From positions 291,586,001 through 291,650,000 of the forward strand of contig OZ024741.1 of assembly GCA_964016885.1 (NCBI GenBank): a stretch of 64,000 bases of DNA. The letters run 5' to 3'. Every line of letters starts with the position of its first letter. The stretch's first letter is position 1. A program made the position numbers and the translations under genes. Of the stretch, positions 51,417 to 64,000 are shown piece after piece. This stretch comes from Eledone cirrhosa (lineage: Eukaryota). A model generated the notes under the pieces. The model was not told the DNA's origin. It did no database searches and saw only the letters and a program-made list of their open reading frames with translations.

Positions 51417-51605
51417 GTGTTCATGATCAATCTTGAGGCCTACAGAGATTCGCTTCGTCTTTTCGTCCTGAAAAGTATAGTTACTGGTGTTCGTTGCAGA
51501 TTTAACTATGCCAGATATGTTCCCAATGAAGAATATATTAAGAATTTGCAGAAAGAAACTAAACAAGCCCTCATTAAAGATATAGACACATTATTTGATA
51601 TGTAA
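51417..51605 (+). CDS. Copy B exon 5 (terminal)
   Basis: ttttag acceptor; VFMINLEAYRDSLRLFVLKSIVTGVRCRFNYARYVPNEEYIKNLQKETKQALIKDIDTLFDM*; five exons total 840 nt (279 aa plus stop). Confidence 0.82.
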   Translation: MFMINLEAYRDSLRLFVLKSIVTGVRCRFNYARYVPNEEYIKNLQKETKQALIKDIDTLFDM

Positions 51606-51699
51606 TGACCTACCTTACTCACAATCCTATAACCAAACTGCTTTAGTTTTAGTTACATATATATGTCTGGTTACCTCCGATTCAACCCGGAATAACTTA

Positions 51700-51767
<68 letters not shown>

Positions 51768-52000
51768 TATATAGATATATATATGTCTGTGTGTGTGTGT
51801 GTACACTTATACATATATATTATATTATATTATTTACATTCATATACAGAACACAAGCACTACATAAGGTTCCAAAGCTCAATGTAGAACATATCTCCAG
51901 ATTGAAAGAGGGATACAGTTTTTGATCTAGTTTATCTGGAGTTAGGGCACATATTGATCCTTGAAACATAGGGTAGCGCTTGGACTGTGTATGGATATAT

Positions 52001-52073
<73 letters not shown>

Positions 52074-52391
52074 TATTGGTGTTCTGAAATAGCGATGTAT
52101 ACATGAATGTATGTATAGAATATTTGTCAATGTATTGTCAGTTTAATAAGCTCCTGATTATTACTGGAATTCTATAAGAATCCAGCTTCTATTTTTTTTC
52201 GGCCGAGGCAGGGGAGTGCGTGGTTTTGATAAATGCTAAACAGCGAGAAACAGACTGTCAGCCACTCTCTCTTCCTTTGCCGAAAATAAGTAAATGACAC
52301 AGTCACTACTTTAAAACTGATAGCGAATGGTCTTCTAAATGTTTTAATTAAACATACGGTACATTACTAAATATACTATATATATATATTC

Positions 52392-52461
<70 letters not shown>

Positions 52462-52625
52462 ATGTGTGCGTGTGTGTGTGTATGTGTGTGTGGATAAACA
52501 GAAAAAGATTTGAATTATTAAAAAATACCAACCACCAGAGAAGTCATTGTTCTCTTTTTTCAAATAAATCTTACTGTACTAAAGATTTTACTTCGTTTCC
52601 ACTATATATACACACACACACACCC

Positions 52626-52661
<36 letters not shown>

Positions 52662-53056
52662 CTGTGTGTGTGTAAGATTTTATATTTCAAATGACTTTTT
52701 TCTTTTCTACGTCCGATTCGTAATATTGAAGTAAAATTGCACATACCAATTATAATATAGTGATTTATTAAATAATTAAATCATCAAACATTGCTATCAC
52801 ATTTTTCAAATCCCCCCAGGAAATACGTTTCCGATGTGGGAAATAGATGTGTAAAATATCATGTAGACATGTGATGAAAAGAAAATTACATACATAAAGC
52901 GAAACGAAGTTCTGAAACCAAATATGAGAGATTTAGAATCAAGGTAGCGAAGAGAATTTATGTTGAGCGTTATGCAACATGATTTAATTAGAAAAACATT
53001 GTAATGTGTACAGGATACAAGTCCACATCAAGTAATTGCTGTTTATGTATGCAAAA

Positions 53057-53144
<88 letters not shown>

Positions 53145-53619
53145 CTTTATAAGCAACAATCAAAGAGAGCTTGAAAACATTTAATCAGTTATGATCCTTT
53201 CATCCTAGCACAACGCCGGTATCATCTGAGTAGATAGTAAAGGTTAAAACACAAATTTAATATCAGAAGTTTGTCATAAGAACATTAGGAGGATACATAA
53301 TATGGGAAGTAACCATAAGTATTAACATTTATATAAGAAAAGATAGCAAAGGCGGAATATGCATATGAAAAATATGAGCATATAAATGCAATAAAATTCG
53401 GAGCATCTAAAAGTATTAAAAATTAAAAAAACATGCAGCTATAGAAAGGTTAAGTATAGTGCAAGACATATATCATAAACATATAATGATAAGCATAACA
53501 ATAATTTATAAAGTTAATAAAAGAAGGTGTGTAGTTCAAATATATATTTAGAAATATTAAAAAAAAATCTCCAAAAGATATCTGTTAAATAATTTACTTC
53601 CTATTGCTGGTAGAGAAAA

Positions 53620-54872
53620 ATTAGTGCCGGATTAACAATCATAAGGTTATTTGCCGGATTAAAATTGTAAGTGTAAGTGCTGGATTAAAATTGTCAGAGC
53701 CGGATTAAAGACACAATGATCAGTGCCGGATTAAAAACACAAACGATTAGTGCCGGATTAAACATAGTAAGTGTAAGTGCCAGATTAAAGTTAATGAAGA
53801 TGACTGCCGGATTAAAAATAGTAAGTTTATGTCCTGGGTTCAATTTAATAAGGTTAGTGCCGGATTAAAAACATTATTGATCTGTGTCGGATTAAAATTA
53901 ATAAGGATCAGTGCTGGAATAAAAATAATAAGAATCAGTGACGGATTAAAAATAATAAGGGTCAGTTTCGAATTAAAAACACTAGGATCAGTGCCGGATT
54001 ACAGAAAATGAGAGGTCTCAGTGCTGGATAAATAAGGATCAATGCCGGATTAAAAATGGCCAGTGCCGGATTTAAAACACTCTGGATTAGCGCTGAATTA
54101 AAATTGTCAGTGCTGGATTAAAAACAAAATGATAGATGCCGGATTAAAAAAATAAGGGTCAGTGTTGGGTTAAAATTAGTAAGGATCAGTACCAGATTAA
54201 AAATATTAAGGGTCAGTGACGAATTAAAAACACAATGGAATAGTGTCGGATTAAAATTGTCAGTGCCGGATTAAAAATACAAATGATTGGTGCGAGATTG
54301 AATGTAGGTTAAGTGCCGGATTAAAATTAATGAGGATCTCTGCCATTTTAAAAATAAGTTTCAGCGTCGGATTAAAAAACAAGGATAAGTTCTGGATTAA
54401 AAATAATGGGTCAGTGCCGGATTAAAAATACTATGGATTAGAGCCTGATTAAGAGATGCCAGTGTCGGATTATAAACAAAAAGGATTGGTGCCGGATTAA
54501 AAATAATAAGTGTCAGTTAATAAGGATAGTATACGTATGTCCCAGATTATAAACATTAATGAATAAGTGCCGGATTGAAAATAAAAAGAGTCTGTGCCAG
54601 ATTAGAAATAAAAAGGGCCAGTTCCGGATTAAAAATAAGTAGTGTCAGTATCTTATTAAACATAAGGATTAGTGTCGGATTAAAAATAAAACAGATCAGT
54701 GCCGGATTAAAAATAAAAAGGGTCAGTACCGGATTAAATATAATAACGGTCGGAGCCGGATTATAAAATAACGATAAATACCGGATTAAAAATAATAAGG
54801 GTAAGTGCCAGGTTAAAATACTAGGGATCAATGTCGGAGTAAAGATACTAGGGATCAATGCTGGATTAAAGG
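53620..54872. repeat. Degenerate minisatellite, ~19-27-bp unit (cagtgccggattaaaaataataagggt)
   Basis: dozens of gtgccggattaaaa cores. Confidence 0.92.
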
Positions 54873-55272
54873 CACTAAGAACAATTACCAATTGCCTTTC
54901 TGGACCATCTCTGAGTTCTCAGTATACGTATCATTTGCGCTTCCTTCCTACGTCAAGTCGTTGGTTCATCGCCATTTCTTACAGCGTTGGATGGAGACTG
55001 CAATATATTTTTCGCAAAGGTTCCTCTACCTAATGCGTCCCTTTCTATCCCGTGTGAAAGACATTGCGGTAGGGATGCCTTTACTGTTTACACACATATT
55101 GCAGTGTGTTGGTGGTCTCATTCCCACCAGTCACTAATTTCGTAATTTTCTCAGACCTCTGAAGATTAATCCTTTTTAGAAGTGGGCTTTACTCGCCTCG
55201 TTGTAGCTACCTGACTGTATTATGAGAGCTTTCTTGGGAGCTCACAGTGTCACCCAATGCCCCCTCCCCCTA

Positions 55273-55339
<67 letters not shown>

Positions 55340-55357
<18 letters not shown>

Positions 55358-55925
55358 TAGAAGTGGTATTTAATTTGTTGGAAGTCCGACAAACATAAAT
55401 GTTTATAACTGATTTAGAGCACTCAACAGATTACTGGTGTAAATATTCAATGATATTCAATAAATGGAAACTATATTTATAAAACCATATATATTTTATT
55501 ATATATATTTCAAGACAACATTGGTACGCTTTCATCAGATAAAATACAAAGTTTGTTTTATAAATAGAGACGTACCCATGAAAAAAATACCTTATCAGTT
55601 GGAAATTGACTGGATAGTGGAAATATATTAGCGTTTATTCAAACGTATGTGTGAATATGCAAATGAATATGTAAATAATTGAAAAACAACCGTTTATTTA
55701 AATGACACAGGAGAAAGAGAGAGAGAGAGAGATAAAAATACAAAGAGATAAAGATAAAAAATATTACGAGAGAGATAAAGAGATAAAATAAAAAAGTAGA
55801 TGAATAAAACTCATATAAGGTTAATTTGGGGGAAATATATTCTAAGTATATATCTTAATATTACGTGTATTTGCTATTATTAGTTGTTTAAAATTCGTTT
55901 ATAATATAATATTTTCTGTTATAAG

Positions 55926-55984
<59 letters not shown>

Positions 55985-57055
55985 ATAGATAAATAGATAA
56001 ATAAATGAATAGATGGGTATATGATGTTATAGATAATTGTTTTAATGAGTTATGAGGGATATTGGTTATGTATTTAATGTAAGTACATATTAAGTTAAAT
56101 TAAATTAAATTAACTGAGTTAATAAGAATATTTATATATATATATTAAAATGGGAAGATACGGAAAAATTCCAGTTTACTTTATTTATTCGTTAGTTTGA
56201 GACTATTTAGTCGAAATAAGTATAAATGTTGAAAGATATATTTAGCCAGAATCAGTTAGTGGCTATAAATCTAATAAAAAATATTGAAAAACATATTAAA
56301 AATTTGAGAGAATTTAAAAAAAAAATAATTTATAAGAGATAAGTAATTTTTAAAAGAGATAAAAAAATTAAAGAAATAAAAAAATAAAGAATTAAAAATT
56401 ATTAAGAATTATTAATAATTAAAGAATTATTAAGAATTATTAATAATTAAAATAAAAATTAAAATTAAAAAAATTAAAAATTAAAATTAAAAAAATAATT
56501 TAGAATTATATATATGTATATATTTTATGGAACTTTAAGAAGTGAAATTATAGCAAATGTTACAGATATGATTTAGAGAAATCAATATATTAAAACCAAG
56601 TGGATAAGATTGTTATGGAAATAAGTAGAAATATTATAAGTGTAATTATAATTTATATATAGTTCTAAACGTTGAATTCAGGCGATGTTTACAAGAATTA
56701 AATAAATTCGTTCTTAGATTAATAGAGTTCTTACATTTAAGTATGAAAAAAGTTTCCTCAACACACAATTTGCAGAATCTAGATAAAGCTGTGTTTCAGT
56801 ACGCTGGTGCTTGTGAAATTATTTCCCAAGTTAATGAATAGTCCATATTCTTGCATTTTAAGTTCCATATCAAGTTTAAAAGAGAAGTTGAAGATCTTTT
56901 ATCAACTCTTTTCAAAGAGCATTTGTGATTATTCCAGCGACTTTTAAATTCTGTAGAAGTTGCACCTATATAGTTAATATATTACCACTGGTTTTGAAAT
57001 ATATATAATAAAATAAATAGGGTTTTATAAATATAGTTTCCATTTATTGAATATA
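55340..57055 (-). mobile_element. Degenerate Naiad-like PLE: GIY-YIG fragment plus AT-rich pLTR, with short inverted copy at 57021-57055
   Basis: rc of 56660-56975: NYIGATSTEFKSRWNNHKCS...WEIISQAPAY*..CKLCVEETFFIL..INLRTNLFNSCKH. Confidence 0.7.
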
Positions 57056-57296
57056 TATATATATATATAGTAATAATAATAAATTTGAAGACTACAATCC
57101 AAAGAGGACTCGTTTTTTTCGTTCTTCCTCAGGGAACGTTTCCACGAACCAAATTATCGTCTTCCTGTCTTCCTTAGGTTGCAACGTTTTTTGAAATATT
57201 TGCTTCTGCTTTCACAGATTTACTTTTTTAGTTTCAGAAGATCCCGTTAAGAGTGACAGCAGCGATTCTTTGCTTAAACTTTAATCTGTTATTTTA

Positions 57297-57357
<61 letters not shown>

Positions 57358-58351
57358 TCGAATCGTTTCCGTTAGTGTGTCAGTCTGTTCGTGAGATGAA
57401 TGGGTTAAATGTGGGGTGGTAAAAATTCTACGGCGGAAAATAAAGTTAAACACCATTTTTACTTTTGCACAAACCACTGTGTGAGTATAAATGTGTATGT
57501 GAATGCATGAGTGTGTAAAAGGAAGGAAGGGGGGAAGGTGTGAAAAACTATGCTCTCTGTGAATGTATGTGTTTCCAAAGGAGAATGAAATGTTATATAT
57601 ATATATGTAATATTTCATTCTCCTTCCTCCTATTTTCGAGACAGTGTGAGATTTTCTTTAGAACTGCTGGACTAACAACCTAGCAGCTTTCCCAAGCACT
57701 GATGGTGATTATCGCTAAATATTGATGTTGATTTGGTTATCAATATTAATATTATTGGGCATCCACTGAAGAATTATAAGAGCCCACTTGTATAAGTATC
57801 TGTTGATATTATACAAGCTTCTACATGATTTGGTATAATTTCACCCAACTTATGGAAATCTTATAATTAAACGAGTCGTCTGGGAAGTGATATATTTGAT
57901 ATATCTAATATGAAATGATACAGCCAATTCTCCACACAATACAATATAGTTAGCACCCCGAACGTTTAATTAGGAATATACTCAGATATTTCCAAATGTT
58001 TGTTGAGTGAGTTGGAATTTGGCCGGGGTATCGCTATTAGCTTTCTCCGTTTATGTATTTATATATATATATATATATATAAACAAGAAGTGTAAGTTTA
58101 CAGGGTAAAATTAGCTTCCTTTATTCATATTCGCTGCTGTATATATTTCAGTGATAGCTATTATTCAACAGGTAGGATCTCATCTGGCAGTAAGAACTTT
58201 AACAGAAGGAAAAACAGGAAAACATAATGTTGTATTAGGTTTTACCTTGTTAATCCATTAATATGTTCAGATCCATATATGTATATATATATATATATTT
58301 AATATAAAACTATGCTCTCTATGAGTGTATGTGTTTCAAAAGGAGAATGAA

Positions 58352-58382
<31 letters not shown>

Positions 58383-59175
58383 TATATAAGTTTATCCCGG
58401 CTTCAATCGGGGGTAACCACAGTAAGTAAGGTACTCAATACAAAGTAGAGTATAAATATTTAATATAGAAATGTTTCTACAGGTCTAGAGCTGTTTCATT
58501 CGGGGTAAATCATCAAGAAGCCAGGGCTTTTTTTTACATCTCTGATAATCTGATGGTCAGATTTCGGGAGTTCTTAAAGGCCCCCTAAAACATTCTGTTG
58601 ACTAACTTGTTTCGAATATGAAAACCCTTCTCGCATACCCTCCTCAAGAAGTCTCTACGTGATTTGATGCGGATATCAGGTACGGGCCTCTGGTGGGGGC
58701 TTCTGGAGTGATCTTTTGGTGTGTCCCTCCCGAATGGACCTTTGGAGTGGGCCTTTCGTGCAGACCTCTGGATTTGTAAAGATTTTTGCTGCTTTTATGT
58801 GCTCCAACTGCTCTAGAAACAATGGAGTTAAGGAGTATTTATATATATGTAGTTGCTATTCTCTTTGTGTTACTGCTTTTGTTGTTCTGTGAATTGAGAC
58901 TAATTCACCGTGTCCCTACATACGTACTATAAGAACTATTTTTAAAGCCTTCAAAATCAAATGGCCAGTACAAACAGAAGTTATCGACAATTTTAATGTA
59001 TCTATAGAAAATATATTTGGTTCATCTTTTGAACACCAGTAAAACTATTAAACACCAGTAAAACTACACAAAACTAGTAAACTTATAACTATTGATTTAA
59101 TTGTTATATGAGGACTATTAAAATAAGCAGCAAGTAGACAGACATTCAATTGAGGTTTTTTAAGCTGCTGAAATT

Positions 59176-59233
59176 ATGACGAACCATCTTTTACATATAT
59201 TTTTGTTCACTTTCGCAGTTACACGGAAATCAG
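59176..59233 (+). CDS. Secreted-protein family, copy C, exon 1
   Basis: MTNHLLHIFLFTFAVTRKS+G, gtatgt donor. Confidence 0.8.
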
Positions 59234-59239
59234 GTATGT

Positions 59240-59341
<102 letters not shown>

Positions 59342-59733
59342 CCATGTGGCTTTTTTAAAACTATGTATAAATACATATATTTATACATAGTTTTAAAAAA
59401 GCCGCATGGCTAAGTCTTTAGAATATGAATTTGAAATAGAGGTTGTAGAGGACAAAGACAATGGAAAAATTAACGGAAAGACGGACAGTTCGATATCCTC
59501 AGTCAACTTCTGCAAATTTGGGACAAAGTTGGGACATTTTTGTTTTACTTTTCTCTCCTTTAATTATTTCTTCTTCTTTGTTTAAGCCTTCAGGCACTAT
59601 TTTCACTCTCTTTGTCAGTTGAGTCATTTGCAATACTTTTTCATCCATGTTTGTGTAATTCACCAAAGGGCATTACTTAACCTATCTGTGTCTCTATGTT
59701 CTTTGTCGCTATCTTTCTTGTCTCATACATTAG

Positions 59734-59921
59734 GTGGTAAGACAATAAACGATGAAGAAGCAGTGAGGAAAGTCCTTCATATGAATACCCCAGATCAAGT
59801 CGTTGAAAGACTTAGACATAAAACAGACCTCGGTGATAAGTTTGAAGTTAGGTTCGAACTAGCGGCCACTTTCGGAAAACTGCATTTTGAATCTTTAAAG
59901 ATGATTGACGACAATTTAAAA
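59734..59921 (+). CDS. Copy C exon 2
   Basis: GGKTINDEEAVRKVLHMNTPDQVVERLRHKTDLGDKFEVRFELAATFGKLHFESLKMIDDNLK; AG/GT intact. Confidence 0.85.
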
Positions 59922-60638
59922 GTAAGTCAAACATTCGTAATACCATTATAATCTCTCAGATATTTCCAGTTACTTATTATCACACTCGTATGATTTATGA
60001 TTGACATGTATTAATTACTCTATTGTCTAGTAGTTCCCAAATTTATCTTGTCACAGATTTCTTTTACTGCTTTCCACATTATCGTCGGACATATGTTTAT
60101 ATTTTATCGACAATCCTCTCAATCAAATGTTGATCAAACAATGAAACAAAAGATGTTTTAGAGAAAGAACTTATACATATATAAAAACATAAAGTAGAAT
60201 TTTATTGATAATATCATTCCTTATTGTAATAAGCCCCTTCCACATTTTAATAGATGCGTGTTTATGTGTGTATGTAATCATGTCTAAATAGTTAAGAAGT
60301 TCGCTTCGCAATCATTAAGTCTCGGGTTCGATCGCTTTTCGTGCCATCACTGCCAAGGTGCATATACCATAGCTTCAGGTCGATTCGCGCCATATAAGTA
60401 ATGTTGGATAGACAGAAATATTTTGGAAACATTGGATTGACTGAGAATTTAATTGAAAAAGCTGCAGTTGTCACACACTCTGAACGCTGAATACCTCTGA
60501 GAATTACATTAAAGGTACACTTATCTGCGGAATGCTCAGGTACTTACACGTTAATTTCATGAGTAGACTAGTCCCATCGTCGAAACCGACGGAGTTTCTT
60601 TCCTTGCACTTTTGTAAGTATACATTTTTACTTCACAG

Positions 60639-60830
60639 ATAATGGTTGCTGGAGCTATAAAGAAAATCAACAACATGAATGTAACAACTTGGAATGGAAT
60701 TTTGGATTCATTAGACGAAGTACCTTCTCTGGAGATGGTTGGTCCAAGAAGGAATTTAACAGAGCGATATATATTACAACCCAAAACTGGAATCATCGAT
60801 TTTTCTTCCAAATCTGTCGACCATATGGCA
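60639..60830 (+). CDS. Copy C exon 3 (gene presumably continues beyond window)
   Basis: IMVAGAIKKINNMNVTTWNGILDSLDEVPSLEMVGPRRNLTERYILQPKTGIIDFSSKSVDHMA; gtgagt donor. Confidence 0.85.
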
Positions 60831-60963
60831 GTGAGTTAATAGTGCACGTCTTAAATATTTGTCTAAAATAATAGTCTATTTCTTTGTTTCCGAATAATTT
60901 ATTATCAACGACACTTTTCTTATTAAAATGATTTTTCCTGCAGCCCCCCCTCTCTCTCTCTCA

Positions 60964-61026
<63 letters not shown>

Positions 61027-62199
61027 GTTTTTTCTACTCCTGGGTTGAGTAGTTAAAGAATAGCGCTTTAAATTAAGTATTTTGATGGAAAGCTTATTGT
61101 AAAATACTGTTGCTGAAAAACTATCCGCATATCGAAAATTATAATATTTATAATAAGTGCATGTATAAACATTTTGGTGCAGGGCACATCTAGTGATATT
61201 TTCCGTGGTAGCATATACATGAAACAGATATGATCTCACACGAAATCGAATTAAAGAAGAACGCTTAGTGATAATTTTCTGTTTAACAAGTGGGCACACG
61301 GTGGTAGAAAAAAGAAACACCGTTTATGTAACTAACTATGTGGTTATTTACCACGGTGCTAGCATTTTAACGTGTTCCGGCAAACAGATATTTAGGCTGC
61401 AGTCACATCTTAAGTTAATCATGTTTGTATCAGCTCTTACAATTGCAAGAGTTTATATGTAAGCACGCAGATGTCCCCAGGTCAGAGGTAACCGTATCTA
61501 ATTATATTATGCACTGTATCAGTCTCATTAAAATCAATCATTAGTAATAATAATTAATCCCCAAGGGACATAAAATAACATGCAAGGATGGCTATGTAGG
61601 GAGTGAAAATAAGACTACTATTTAATCTCCTACTACGAATTTAAACGAGCGAAACAGTGTCTCGCTCTCTGTCCCTCTTACACTCCCCTCTGTCCTCTAC
61701 TCCCTCTCACCTCCGAGGTCTCCGCCTTTCTCTCTCTCTACACTCACTTTACTGAGAATCGCCACGGAAAAACCTTGCTACTCAGTTATTACGGCCACAG
61801 GGTTTATAACCATCGACCTGGTATAACTTTATCTATTCTCTCTTCGGTTACTTACATACGTGTGCCATTGTCCTCTGTTCCCCCATCTATCGGTATGGTT
61901 ACTTCGTTTTTTTACTTTTTTACTTTTTTTTCTTCCTCTCTATTTCTTTTTTTCTCTCTCTTCACTATCACTGCTTTCCCTCATGGCCTTTTGATGGATA
62001 ACAGGCTTTGGGCGTGCTACGGATCGATGTTCTGTTTTAAGCGACGAAACGTCTAGAATCCGTAGTAAACAGCTGACGAAGGGAAACTTTTCTTCTCTTG
62101 TTAATGTCCCGATTACCTTCTAACACTTCGTTTTCAGTAACCACACAGCCTCTCCTCCTTGCCTATACACACCACGCACAGACACACACACACACACGC

Positions 62200-62319
<120 letters not shown>

Positions 62320-62436
62320 GAATGGAAGCCAAGCACTCCATGAGGAATCTCAGAGTAATAACATACGTTAGACGACATGATAAATTGAAAACTGTGGCAG
62401 CGAGAAACAACAGATCAATATATATATATATATATA

Positions 62437-62491
62437 TAAGTATGTATGTATACGTACATACATATATGTATACAGACGTACAGTAGCATGC

Positions 62492-62527
<36 letters not shown>

Positions 62528-62787
62528 ATATACATACAGGTACACATACATATATGCACGCATCAGTTTAGCGGACGCTTATTATAACGCCGCTTTGTTC
62601 GTTTGTACACAAACTGAACAGCCTGAATTTATGCCGTACGGTGTTAAGGCAACCACGTCACCTTTTTGTTCAACACTGACACAGGAACGATGTACTAGTT
62701 TCAAGCTTGTTAGCTATCATCAGCACCGTATACCCTTCTGCCAGATAGTTGAACGTTCGAAAGTATATACTTTCCTTATGAAAATTA
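62437..62787 (-). mobile_element. Retrozyme-like family 2, dispersed partial copy with hammerhead at 62687-62729
   Basis: rc acggtg-CTGATGA-tagctaacaagctt-GAAA-ctag-TA-catcgt. Confidence 0.75.
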
Positions 62788-63563
62788 ATTTAGAAACACA
62801 CAGATACATGCGGACACACACATATACATGAATGCATCCACATTCAACCGGATTGGTCTGTCCCAGTCATTCATTGAGCAACATCGGTGAGGTTGGCACC
62901 ATTAACTCACGGTTGGGTGTGGATGCATTCATGTATATGTGTGTGTCCGCATGTATATGTGTGTTTCTAAATATATTGTTCATAACTCCCTCTGGTCGAG
63001 TAATCTTTGAAGTGTGGTGACTGCTGGAAAGCTGCCAATACTCATACTCCTCGCCTCCTTCACCACCTCTTCTACGGCTTCGATATAAATACCCCTTCCG
63101 CCTCTGTGGTATTTTCTTCGGGGTTATAAGAGGCTTAGCTCTGTTTCTCGACCGTTATATCGCGTGACTATCTCCCCCTCCGCCTTTTGGGATTCTTTCT
63201 CACGTCGTGTAGACGCGTTCTTGAAGCTAGTAAAATGAGGTATCCTCATGATAAGTCGGCAGACCTCGCAAGGACTCTATATCTTTGTGATGTATTGTTT
63301 TTGTTTATGCCACGAAACTACGTAGTCGAGGAATCTAGGAGCAGTTTAGGTATGATACATTTTATTACTAATTATATCTAAATGTTTCTTCTCTCTTCAT
63401 AATGTATTTTTAACTCTGATACTGGTTCAGTCTGATTCAACCGGATTGGTCTGTCCCAGTCATTCATTGAGCAACATCGGTGAGGTTGGCACCATTAACT
63501 CACGGTTGGGTGTGGATGCATTCATCTATATGTGTGTGTCCGCATGTATCTGTGTGTTTCTAA

Positions 63564-63571
<8 letters not shown>
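62788..63571 (+). mobile_element. Non-coding ~593-nt unit with terminal redundancy, 5' inversion and decayed hammerhead
   Basis: 62842-62978 repeated at 63435-63571; 62788-62841 inverted; tcctc-ATGATAA-gtcggca...tgccac-GAAA-ctacgtag-TC-gagga at 63243-63332. Confidence 0.6.
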
Positions 63572-63642
<71 letters not shown>

Positions 63643-63646
<4 letters not shown>

Positions 63647-64000
63647 CGTTTCTGAATTTGTTTAGCAAGATTCTTTATCTGAAAAAGTGTTAAAACCAAT
63701 ATTGTTATACTTTGGGAGGGTGATGTTGCCAATAAGAAACACACGCACCAGATGCTTTCACTTCAATTTATTATAAATTAAATTTATAAATTTAGGAATT
63801 TATAAATTTCCGGTTGGTTGGTTGGCTCCACAACCAGATGATTGTTCATATATCGTCAAATTTCTTTCGTCACACATTATGTGACCTCTTCAGTGACTGG
63901 GGATTCTTTTCTTTGTTTTTGTGCCTCTCCTTTGTTCTGTCCTACGCCATCTTGTTTTTGTGTGTGTTGTGTGCTTAGTTTGCGCATGTGTTACATCCGG
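63643..64000 (-). mobile_element. pLTR of the PLE family at 41654-43775, with hammerhead near 63853-63897
   Basis: Aligns to 41654-41960; rc gtca-CTGAAGA-g-gtcaca taatg tgtgac-GAAA-gaaa-TT-tgac. Confidence 0.85.

Noticed and set aside
53620-54872. CRISPR-like repeat-spacer appearance
   Set aside because: Linkers are short and mutually similar, repeats are degenerate, no cas genes, eukaryotic context

Overview
AT-rich, microsatellite-laden eukaryotic DNA. The tRNA-derived SINE family and (TA)n/(TAA)n tracts suggest a cephalopod, probably octopus (inference). Most of the window is transposon-derived. It holds three R4/Dong-type RLE LINEs and a Tx1/L1 fragment stacked in one (TAA)n tract, a CRE-like LINE fragment, several Penelope-like elements (PLEs) with inverted pseudo-LTRs, a Tc1/mariner relic, a 6.2-kb Helitron, a CR1-like LINE and many SINEs. 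Two things are not visible in the ORF track. (1) A tandem cluster of an unrecognised 5-exon gene encodes a ~279-aa secreted protein: one complete copy (28219-51605), two partial copies and a pseudo-exon, with a hypervariable patch in exon 3. (2) About 20 type I hammerhead-ribozyme motifs from roughly 10 repeat families are present. They include non-coding, near-identical 467-nt and ~500-nt tandem units, each with one hammerhead and an ATGCAAAT octamer (retrozyme-like), and a multicopy family with a non-canonical CAGAAGA core. All calls were made by eye, with no database searches or folding software.
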